DNA of 64,000 nt from Calditrichota bacterium (lineage in GTDB: Bacteria > Caldisericota > Caldisericia > UBA6126), in the NCBI GenBank assembly GCA_036725105.1, contig DAIMET010000002.1:5534-69533 (forward strand). The letters run 5' to 3'. How positions within the stretch are numbered: the stretch's first letter is position 1; each line of letters starts with the position of its first letter. Position numbers and translations under genes: made by a program. This document shows positions 8,352 through 17,100 of this stretch, piece after piece. Under the pieces are notes generated by a model, which was given only the letters and a program-made list of their open reading frames with translations, made no database searches and was not told where the DNA came from.

Positions 8352-9703
8352 TGAATAATGCTCGTAAACAAAAACTGATCGATTTAGGTTCTGAAACTCT
8401 CGCTGAGATACTCATCAATCTTGCAACCCACTCATCCGAGGCCGATGATCTGATTGAACAATTGATTTCCACGCCAAAGGAAAACGTTCAGCGGTTCAAA
8501 AAGAAGCTTTCCAGACTGAAACATTCAATTCATTTTATCGATTGGCGCGACGCTAGTGGGTTTGGCCGTGAACTTGAAATACTGTTACAGGATCTTAAAG
8601 CCGGTGTAGATGATCCTCTTACCGGCATTGAACTTGTGGCTGCATTTTACGAGGCCGACAATGCTATTTTTGAAATGTGCGATGACTCCGACGGTATTAT
8701 TGGCGATATCTTCTGCTATGATGCTAAAGAGCTTTTTGTGAAATATGCCACTCATTGTGATAATAAAGAAAAAATTGCAGACATTATCCTTAAGGTGAAT
8801 CAGAAGGATAATTACGGCATCCGTGACACGCTGATTTATTGTGCCGGAGAGTGCTTGCCTGAAGAGATCATCCGTACCATGATCACCACGCTTCAAAAGT
8901 GGGCCGACAAAGAAAAGGATGAATACGATAAGCGTCATTATTTGATGCTGATTGAGTCACTAGCTCGACAGATCAAGGATGCTCAGTTGTTTGAAAGGAC
9001 ACGCATTGCGTCGTGGGGAAAGCTAAATTCTGCAGCATTTGTCGACATTGCCCGAGTCTACCTGGAAAGCGGAGATGTTGAAACCGCTCATTCATGGCTC
9101 AAGAAAATCCCGGAAGGCGAAACCTTTCAGGCATACGAACGAGACAAGCTGTTTGAGGAAATCTACCATAAACAGGGTGATTCTGAAAAATTGACAGAAC
9201 TCCTGTTTCAGAAATTTAAATCCTATCATTCCACGGATACCTTGCAGGCACTTCTGGATGTCATCGGTTATGCCAAGCTGGATGAAGTCATTGCTGATGA
9301 GATTGAACAGATTCTGAAAGCAGATAGGCTTCGAGAATCTGATGCTGAATTCCTGATTGTAATCGGGAAGATAGATGAAGCTGAAGAATATCTTCTCAAA
9401 CGTGCTGATAAACTCGACGGCAACTATTATGAAATCCTGCTGCCACTGGCTGAGGTCATGGAATCAGAAAACCGCCACCTTGTTACCAGTCTTATGTTTC
9501 GCAGTCTACTTGTCTCCATTCTGGAGCGTGGTTACACTAAAGCCTATCCCCACGGTATCCGGTATTTGAAGAAGCTGGACAAACTGTCTGGGGCCATAGC
9601 CGACTGGAAAGAATTTAACAGCCACGAAGCTTTCAAAAAGAAGATCATTGAGGCACATGGTCGCAAACGTAGCTTCTGGTCAAAATATGAGGTGAAGAAA
9701 TGA
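8351..9703 (+). CDS. Hypothetical alpha-helical repeat protein (450 aa), island-borne
   Basis: Intact ORF. Its ATG overlaps the stop of the Res C-terminal frame (TAATG). It is predicted all-helical, E/K/L-rich, and has no motif I can name. I have a vague memory of DUF-type proteins found next to pRiA4b-ORF3 genes, but I cannot verify this. Confidence 0.55.
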   Translation: MNNARKQKLIDLGSETLAEILINLATHSSEADDLIEQLISTPKENVQRFKKKLSRLKHSIHFIDWRDASGFGRELEILLQDLKAGVDDPLTGIELVAAFYEADNAIFEMCDDSDGIIGDIFCYDAKELFVKYATHCDNKEKIADIILKVNQKDNYGIRDTLIYCAGECLPEEIIRTMITTLQKWADKEKDEYDKRHYLMLIESLARQIKDAQLFERTRIASWGKLNSAAFVDIARVYLESGDVETAHSWLKKIPEGETFQAYERDKLFEEIYHKQGDSEKLTELLFQKFKSYHSTDTLQALLDVIGYAKLDEVIADEIEQILKADRLRESDAEFLIVIGKIDEAEEYLLKRADKLDGNYYEILLPLAEVMESENRHLVTSLMFRSLLVSILERGYTKAYPHGIRYLKKLDKLSGAIADWKEFNSHEAFKKKIIEAHGRKRSFWSKYEVKK

Positions 9704-9855
9704 ACGAACGATTTTATCTACTGAAACTTCAATTACTTGATATCGAGCCGGCAATCTGGCGTCATTCGGATAACTGCTGCAACGGGTTCACGACACTCTT
9801 GCTTTCAGACTCGGGTTTGTCTCGCTTTGTAATGGTATCTAAAGGGTCTCGATAA
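9700..9855 (+). pseudogene. Truncated pRiA4b ORF-3-like (PRiA4_ORF3 family) gene
   Basis: MNERFYLLKLQLLDIEPAIWR matches the conserved N-terminus of the family (..L.v.L.g..P.IWRR..VP). Similarity is lost after about codon 21 (~9765). The ATGA start overlaps the upstream stop. Confidence 0.55.
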
Positions 9856-9979
9856 AAACCTTGATTTCATCTCGGACTTTTCTATAGCAATTCAATTGTT
9901 CCTCGGGGGTTGCTCCATTTTCTTGTAAAGTTTTTGCGTTTCATTCTTTCTCCTTGTTGGATGTAGAGTAAGTTTTGAT

Positions 9980-10552
9980 TTAGAAAACTTTTTTACTTAG
10001 CCATAGCAAACTTTGCCCCAGGTTTTTCATGTTTCGGATCCCTTCTTCGTCCTGTTCAACTTCCCCTGGGTTTCTACCAATACCCATATTCCAATATGTT
10101 GAGCCAATGGAGATCATTCCTTGGATATGAATAAAGTGCATCATGGAGTCAAAAGCATGAATTGATCCTCCTCGTCTGACTGCTACAATGGGGCTTCCAA
10201 TTTTTCTTTCTAAAAATCTACCGTTTGCATTAGACACATAGCCTAACCTATCAATAAACGCTTTCATTTCACTTGTAATATCAGCAAAATATGTTGGTGA
10301 AGCAAGCAATAAAATGTCCGATTGATACACTTTCGCGATGATGTCGTTTATTGCATCGGTGTGAATAGAACACTTCAAGTCCTTGGATTCTTTACATTTC
10401 ATGCAAGCACTACATCCGCGTATTGATAAACCACCAATTTGAATGATTTCAGATTCAAAACCATCCCCAATAAGTGGTTCCATAACATGTTGAATTAGTT
10501 TTTGTGTGTTGCCGTTTTTTCGAGGACTTCCGTTGATTGCAATAACTTTCAT
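9980..10552 (-). CDS. Iron-sulfur flavoprotein / NADPH-dependent FMN reductase family (Isf-like)
   Basis: MKVIAINGSPRKNGNT flavodoxin-like start and a CxxCxxCx6C cluster (CSACMKCKESKDLKC). The start is set at ATG 10552, preceded by GGAGG. The track start at 10609 adds 19 unlikely residues. Confidence 0.75.
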   Translation of the reverse strand: MKVIAINGSPRKNGNTQKLIQHVMEPLIGDGFESEIIQIGGLSIRGCSACMKCKESKDLKCSIHTDAINDIIAKVYQSDILLLASPTYFADITSEMKAFIDRLGYVSNANGRFLERKIGSPIVAVRRGGSIHAFDSMMHFIHIQGMISIGSTYWNMGIGRNPGEVEQDEEGIRNMKNLGQSLLWLSKKVF

Positions 10553-10660
10553 TTTTGCCTCCATCTTTTTAAGATATAAATCTATTATAAAACCAAAAGA
10601 GGGCTTCAAAAGTTTTCTTGTTCAACAAAGGAAATTCCTGAAACAAGGTGTTTTTTAAAG

Positions 10661-10689
10661 TTGTGTTTTCTTAGTAATCAAGGTATCAT
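10661..10689 (+). promoter_or_regulatory. Candidate promoter for parA-parB
   Basis: TTGTGT (10661-10666), 17-nt spacer, TATCAT (10684-10689), 35 nt upstream of ATG 10724. Confidence 0.3.
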
Positions 10690-10723
10690 CAAGGGAAACA
10701 AATCAAGAATATTGAGGATATAT

Positions 10724-11482
10724 ATGGCAAAAATTATTTCTGTTGCGAATCAAAAAGGTGGTGTTGGAAAAACGACATCATCTATCAATATATCAGCATA
10801 TGTTGCAAAGGCTGGAAAATCAGTTCTTTTAATTGACTTAGACATGCAGGGAAATGCTACGACAGGAAGTGGAGTTGATCGAAATAGTTTAGAGCAGTGT
10901 GCTTATGATGTTTTGATACAAGCTACAGAATCTTCTAAAGTAATCATTCCATCTGCCTACAGATATGATGTTTTACCATCTACATTGAATTTAGCAGGGG
11001 CAGAAGTAGAACTCTTACAAGTACCTTCGTGGGAGTTCTCCTTAAAAAAACAATTGGATAAAATTTCTGTTCATTATGACTATATTTTTATTGACTGCCC
11101 ACCTTCCTTAGGTGTTATAACTGTCAACGCTCTTGTTGCATCCGATAGCGTTATTATCCCGTTACAGTGTGAATATTATGCGTTGGAAGGGATTTCTTCA
11201 TTTATTCAAACATTTAAAAGAATTCAAAAAAACCTTAATCCCTCTATTCAAATTGAGGGGGTTCTTTTAACGATGTACAATCAAACCACAACTTTATCAA
11301 AAGATGTTTCCAACGAAGTAATTAATTACTTCGGGAATCTTGTTTTTAAAACCATTATTCCAAGAAATGTGCGTTTGAGTGAGTCACCATCATACGGAAA
11401 ACCCATCAGTGAATATGACGAACACTCCAGGGGGGCAAAGGCATATGAACAACTTGTAGAGGAGTTATTGCAACATGAATAA
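10724..11482 (+). CDS. parA: Chromosome partitioning ATPase ParA/Soj
   Basis: Deviant Walker A in MAKIISVANQKGGVGKTTSS, plus LLIDLDMQGNAT and IFIDCPPSLG. The start is at ATG 10724, not the track's TTG at 10661. Confidence 0.9.
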   Translation: MAKIISVANQKGGVGKTTSSINISAYVAKAGKSVLLIDLDMQGNATTGSGVDRNSLEQCAYDVLIQATESSKVIIPSAYRYDVLPSTLNLAGAEVELLQVPSWEFSLKKQLDKISVHYDYIFIDCPPSLGVITVNALVASDSVIIPLQCEYYALEGISSFIQTFKRIQKNLNPSIQIEGVLLTMYNQTTTLSKDVSNEVINYFGNLVFKTIIPRNVRLSESPSYGKPISEYDEHSRGAKAYEQLVEELLQHE

Positions 11483-12314
11483 ACGTATAGGTGGTCTTGG
11501 TAAAGGACTTGGGGCATTATTAGATGATTATAAAGATGACACAGCAACGGCGATCCGGGAAGTTCAAATAGAGTTGATTAAAAAATCCCCTTATCAGCCA
11601 CGGGTATTTATTGATCCAAATTCTATAATTGAATTAGCACAATCGATCAAAGAAAATGGTTTAATTGAACCTTTAGTAGTACGATTTGTCCATTCGTATT
11701 ACGAATTGATTGCTGGACATAGAAGGTTAGAAGCTCTTAGGTCTTGCGGTTATACAAAGGTTCCTGTGTATGTTTTGGATATTTCTGATCGTCAAGCTGC
11801 TCAGTTAACCATCGTAGAAAACATTCAACGGGAAGACTTAAACCCCCTTGATTTAGCTTCTAGCCTACAAACTCTAATTCAAGAATTTTCAATCACACAC
11901 GAAGAGTGTGCTTCTTCTATCGGAAAAAGCAGGGTATATGTTACAAATTCTCTTCGCCTCCTACAACTCGATGAAGAATCAAAAAAAGCACTACAGGAAA
12001 ATAAGATACAAGAGGGCCATGCAAGATTACTTCTTTCAATCAAAGAAATTGAAAATCGGCAGCGGGTGCTTTCTTATTTAATAGAAAAAAAGCTCACTGT
12101 TAAAGAACTTTCACATTATATTCTGAAAACCTGTGGAAAAAAGAAACAAAAGATTGTTCGTTTTCCACATTACAAAGAGCAAGAAAAAGTATTACGGGAA
12201 TTCCTGCACAAACCGGTGAAAGTTTTCCACAACCAAATTACTATCAAGTTTAAAGATGAGAAGGAGTTGCAGGAAATCTTTAAACATTTTCAACTCCCCT
12301 ATAAGTATGATTAA
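11475..12314 (+). CDS. parB: Chromosome partitioning protein ParB/Spo0J
   Basis: GLGKGLGALL N-terminus and ParB box IEPLVVR..YELIAGHRRLEA. Overlaps the parA stop. Confidence 0.9.
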   Translation: MNKRIGGLGKGLGALLDDYKDDTATAIREVQIELIKKSPYQPRVFIDPNSIIELAQSIKENGLIEPLVVRFVHSYYELIAGHRRLEALRSCGYTKVPVYVLDISDRQAAQLTIVENIQREDLNPLDLASSLQTLIQEFSITHEECASSIGKSRVYVTNSLRLLQLDEESKKALQENKIQEGHARLLLSIKEIENRQRVLSYLIEKKLTVKELSHYILKTCGKKKQKIVRFPHYKEQEKVLREFLHKPVKVFHNQITIKFKDEKELQEIFKHFQLPYKYD

Positions 12315-12346
12315 AATTTTAATATATATTAAAACCAATAAAGACG

Positions 12347-13705
12347 TTAAGAGGTATATTGGAGTTTTTTAATAATTTCTTCCACCTCATTTTTGAGTTT
12401 CGGATCCACCTTCATTTCACTTTTAATCTTTTCATACGAGTGAATAATAGTAGAGTGATCTCTACCACCAAAGTATCGACCTATTACTGGCAATGAATAA
12501 TTTGTCATTTCACGAATCAAATATATGGCAACCTGTCTTGGAACGGCTACATCTTTTGATCGTCTTTTACTTTCTAAAATCTGTGGTTTCGTGTTGTAAA
12601 AATCAGCAACAATCACTTTAATTTCTTCCGGTGTGAATTTTTTATAACTCAAAGGAAGGAAATTTTTCAATGTTTCTTTGGCAAAATCAACTGTCACGTT
12701 CTGAATGTTCTGCATAGAAGAATAACTTGCAACCCTAATTAAAGATCCTTCAAGTTGTCGAATATTGTTAAACTGCTGTGAGGCAATAAAATCTAGAACT
12801 TCATCCGGAAGATCGTATTGTTCCGCTTTATCTTTGTTTCGTAAAATAGCCAAACGGGTTTCGTAATCTGGGGGATAAATATCCACCGTTAAACCCATAG
12901 AAAATCTTGATATCAGTCTTTCTTGAATACCTTTTAATTCATTTTGTGGACGATCGCTAGAAATTGCAATTTGTTTCTTTTGGTCATACAAGGCGTTAAA
13001 AGTGTGAAAGAGTTCTTCTTGAGTTCTTTCTTTACCCACTAAAAATTGTATGTCGTCAATAATTAAGTAGTCGACCCGTCGTATATTTTCACGAAACTTG
13101 TCTACCGTATTTACCTGAATAGAGTGTACTACCTGGTTTAAGAATTGCTCAGAAGTAATATATACAATGTTTTTATTCCCTGACTCATTACACTCATGAG
13201 CAATTGCTTGCAACAAGTGAGTTTTCCCCAAACCTACCCCACCGTAAAGAAAAAGAGGGTTGTAAACTTTTCCTAAATCACTTGTAATACTTTTACATCC
13301 AGCATACGCAAGTTGGTTGTTACTACCTACAATGAAATTTTCAAACGTATAGCGAGGGTTGAGGGGAAGAGAGTCGACGCTTTCGGGGTTGTTAAAGTAA
13401 GAGGATCTTTCGTGTGTGGGGACATACTCTGTATCAAGTGTTGAGTTTTTTTCTACAGGCTCTTCGACGACAAAATCAAGGTTTTGGATCTCTGGGAATT
13501 GCTTCTGAATCGCACCCAAAAAAACAGGAAGAAAAGCATCCATAATTTTGTTCCTCACAAACTCAGACACAACCGATATAACCATCGTGTCAGATTGAAT
13601 GGCGTGAATTTTACTCTCTCGTACTGCTAAATAACTAGTTGGCACCAACTCTTTTTTGATGTCCTTCAAGATGTTTTTCCATTGATCACTCATCTGCTGG
13701 TTCAT
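12347..13705 (-). CDS. dnaA: Chromosomal replication initiator DnaA
   Basis: Walker A LYGGVGLGKTHLL, Walker B LIIDDIQFL, and C-terminal DNA-binding domain (VAVPRQVAIYLIRE..GGRDHSTIIHSYEKI). Confidence 0.95.
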   Translation of the reverse strand: MNQQMSDQWKNILKDIKKELVPTSYLAVRESKIHAIQSDTMVISVVSEFVRNKIMDAFLPVFLGAIQKQFPEIQNLDFVVEEPVEKNSTLDTEYVPTHERSSYFNNPESVDSLPLNPRYTFENFIVGSNNQLAYAGCKSITSDLGKVYNPLFLYGGVGLGKTHLLQAIAHECNESGNKNIVYITSEQFLNQVVHSIQVNTVDKFRENIRRVDYLIIDDIQFLVGKERTQEELFHTFNALYDQKKQIAISSDRPQNELKGIQERLISRFSMGLTVDIYPPDYETRLAILRNKDKAEQYDLPDEVLDFIASQQFNNIRQLEGSLIRVASYSSMQNIQNVTVDFAKETLKNFLPLSYKKFTPEEIKVIVADFYNTKPQILESKRRSKDVAVPRQVAIYLIREMTNYSLPVIGRYFGGRDHSTIIHSYEKIKSEMKVDPKLKNEVEEIIKKLQYTS

Positions 13706-13958
13706 AAAAAATCCTTTGCAAGTATAAAAAATTTATGTATCGTTGATGTAAGTTATTGTACTGGAAATCCTTCGTTTATAAAGACAACTTAAGGCTTTTA
13801 AAAAAGTGTGAAACGAGAAAATTTGAGAAAAAAAGCAACTAAACGAAAGAAAACATGGAAATCGCAATTTGTTGTTATATAATTTATCCAATTGATGAAA
13901 TAACTTAATGACGTTGAAAGCTACGAGGTTATTGTATGTTTTGGATTGCTTCCATAAT

Positions 13959-13986
13959 TTGATTTTATGGTAGTCTATGGTATTTT
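13959..13986 (+). promoter_or_regulatory. Candidate extended -10 promoter for the giant-gene pair
   Basis: TTGATT (13959-13964), 16-nt spacer, TGgTATTTT (13978-13986), ~115 nt upstream of ATG 14106. Confidence 0.3.
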
Positions 13987-14105
13987 TGACATACTTTGTG
14001 TTGTACGTTTTTTCCCTATTCGCGGAAGGGTAGAGGAAGCTGATAAAATCAGGCTTCTTCCGGTCAGAAAACCCTTAACAGCGAAGATGAGAAAGGAGAA
14101 CTGAG

Positions 14106-17100
14106 ATGAAAAAGATATTCGCTTGGTTAGTCATCTCTTTTATGGCTGTTGCTCTGCTACAGAATCCTTTTAACAATGCTGTGAATATTACTACAGCTAA
14201 TGAAGAATTAAACAAAGCTACCTTTATTGCAGTTAGGCTTGTTCCTGCCCGGTTCAATAGAGATGGGCAGCAACTTGAAGGTAAGCTATTTCCCTGGCAG
14301 CGATCTGGAGAAACTGTTTGGGGGCGAGAGGGCTATGGTATGCCCAATTCTTTATTAGCTATAGAGAATGAAAACAATATACCAGCACTCTTACCAAACA
14401 CACAAGCAGAACCTCTATTCTGGGCCAAGTTCTATCTCGATGTTATCGCTGATGGTGGTAAATCTCGATTTAAAGAACCTTGGTACGTGGTGTATGATAA
14501 TTGTGGTCAATTTTGGTTAGATCCAGACGGGTATTTCAACGATTCTCGTTATTTCGAACCTGCAGACCCTTCTAACCTAAATGGAAAATACCAAACCAAC
14601 CTGTGTACGAACAATCCCAACGCCCTGGTTGATCCATCTACGGGAAACAACACACAAGGACCATACATCCTGGACCCCGATAACCCTCGTTTTGATATGT
14701 TCCACGGACCAACATTCATCGACCAAGACGGAAACACATGTATTTATTTTTGGGACCGAAACAACACAATGAGATATTTCCGAATGGGCTGGATTGATAT
14801 GGTTGATTTTCCTCTAGAAAGAGGAGAGGGTTCTGTCCCCCCCATTCGACCATCTGTTGTACAGGGTGAAAATTACGTCTCGACCAAGTATATTGGAACT
14901 ATGGATTGGGACGCTCAACAAGCATACTCTTTACTCGAATTCCGATATTGGGGATTACCTGGTAGTACAGGGTTTAATTTCGATGATGACCCTGTTGTAC
15001 AACCCGACTATACTCTCGAACCCAATAAGTCTTTCCGCTGGTATTACAACAGCGACATGGACGATTTGCAATCCAAGCGCGCTCTTACTGGCGACGAACT
15101 CCATGCAGATAATGTTTCAGATGAGGCACAAAACAAAACTGCCTCTATCACCGTAAACTACCCACCATTTTCTATGCCAGAACAGCTCCATCGCTTTTAC
15201 ACACAGATATCCGACTTCGATCCTGGAGAACACATTTACCGCAAAGGCGAATATGCAAATACATTTCCAACCTACTCCTTCTTTGTTCAAGAAGGGGATT
15301 ATCGTTTAACTCCCGTATCTGTATATTTCAACGGAGAAACCCGAAACTATCCCCCAAACAGTAAAGTTTTACCTGGTGATTGGGATTGCGCATATGACCG
15401 CAATGGTGACCCCGTTAACCAAGCCGTTCCCTCTCATTACAAATCTTTATTCCGTTTCCGTACCAATTTTGCCGAATACAACGTCGACGAAGGTACTAAC
15501 GGAGGAGAGCGAATCCGTAAAGAAGATGACGAACTCCACGTTGACAACACAAAAACTCCTGCAGATTCTAAGTGGCACGAAGCATGGTATTCTTACGAAC
15601 ACAAAGAGTGGATATATAGAGATCGAGGAACCGACCCACAAACGTACGGACGTGTTACTGTTGGAGACTATCGTTTAACCAACGTAAATGGCCCCGTATT
15701 TGCTGGATTGAAAAAAGACCGTAACCGCGGTCTTGTGAGTTCTGATGTTCAACTTATGGTTAGTAAAGCATTGAAAGAAACATCTACACCATACGTCCCT
15801 CGTGTACGCGGGGATGCACTGGTATTAGCTGAAGTTATATTTGGTGGCGGAAACAATTCTCTTTACAACCTTTCCATCGAAAGTGATATATGGCAAGGTG
15901 AGATTCCTGATTTCACAGCTGCATCAATACGTTCCCAGAGTGGGAGCTTTTTACCAACTGCACAATCTATGCAACGTAACACCGTCCTAGATGATGATGG
16001 ACGTACATTTGATATTTCTGCAACCACCTTCCAAGATGTTGATGTTCGATATCGCGAATACTTGGGTCTTGAAATGTGGAAGGATGACGGTATTGACAAT
16101 AACACTGGAGAAAACTTTGTCGATAATCCTCCTCCACCCATCGATACACTTTTCCCATATAACCTTTCCGACGACTATCGACCTGGTAGAACAGGTGAAG
16201 AGTTTTTAGGCTGTTCCAACGACATTGTTGCTGACAAAGATTACGGTCGAATGTTATCTCCATTTCCTTTCGATATCATGTACCATGATACCACCGCTCT
16301 TGATGCCTCAGATCCTATTGGCAACCCCTACTCATACGGATGCGGTGAAGCAATTTATAAAAATAAAATCATTCAACCTGGAGCTCTCCAGGTTGTTGAT
16401 CCTGGCGACGAAAGAATTACCGAAGTTACTGTTACAGTTGGCGAAAATGTAATCACATACCCAGCCAACACCACCGTTGTTGATGGTGATTCTGACGTTG
16501 GCTTGTCTCTCTTCAACTTCGATTACGACGAAATGTTTTTTGATCAAGAATGGCCAGAAAAATGTATTGAGAAAAACTATACATATGATACCGGAGAAGG
16601 TATTTATCTGACAGAATCTAAAGTTCCTCGCGATGCTCCACTCTACACCCTCATATCTCAAACTGAAATTGATAACTACTTTTTCTGGGGAGAAATCCCA
16701 TTTGAAACCGTCCTCTATTTTGACCATGATTGGGATCCAGTGGTAAATCCTGTTCACACCATAACCCCAGGGGACGTCCGTGTTCTGGATCTATCGGGGC
16801 AATATGAACCCGGATCCATTGTTAGTTCCAACATGCTCATTGATATGGACTTGTACTATGACATGGATCCAACTCCAGCCCATATCCGAGTATATCAAGA
16901 CCCCATTTTCCCTGCTTCACATGTCGGTGGATATGTTGATGTGGATGAATCCGGATTTGTAAGCACGGGTGATATACGGTTGTATCCGATTTTTGGATAT
17001 CAACCTTATACTGTAGTTGAAGATGGCGATCGAGATAATTCTGACGACCCTCTTAACGAACTCCCACTTATCGCAGAAGACCTTACTTGGTATGGTTATA

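Larger units (their letters stand above)
5440..9855 (+). mobile_element. Degraded genomic island inserted at the 3' end of tmRNA (type III R-M remnants, RhuM, helical protein, truncated pRiA4b-ORF3-like gene); no integrase left
   Basis: The island starts directly after the tmRNA CCA end, a classical island target. All genes are co-directional with overlapping stop/start codons. Composition is visibly richer in G+C: my hand counts give 27/60 and 29/60 G+C for lines 7201-7260 and 7261-7320, against 21/60 for 10741-10800. Three of the five genes are broken. Confidence 0.5.

Noticed and set aside
8020-8358. Treating the 112-aa ORF as a genuine small gene.
   Set aside because: Its first 45 residues are a Res N-terminus. 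The rest is an out-of-frame reading of the Res C-terminal region, so it is a deletion chimera.
9781-9800. Possible attR: ACGGGTTC at 9782-9789 matches 8 nt of the tmRNA T-arm (ACGGGTTCGACTCCCGT).
   Set aside because: Only 8 contiguous matches, followed by poor similarity (acgggttcacgacactc). That is too short to distinguish from chance, so no direct repeat of the tmRNA 3' end is supportable.
12317-12334. An 18-nt AT-only palindrome as a transcription terminator for parB or dnaA.
   Set aside because: An all-A/T hairpin is too weak to be a convincing intrinsic terminator. I noted it only as part of the origin-region description.
13706-14105. Calling this spacer oriC with a DnaA-box cluster and DUE.
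   Set aside because: I found only one 7/9-8/9 match to TTATNCACA and no obvious 13-mer-type AT repeats. The location is suggestive, but the sequence evidence is too thin to annotate an origin.
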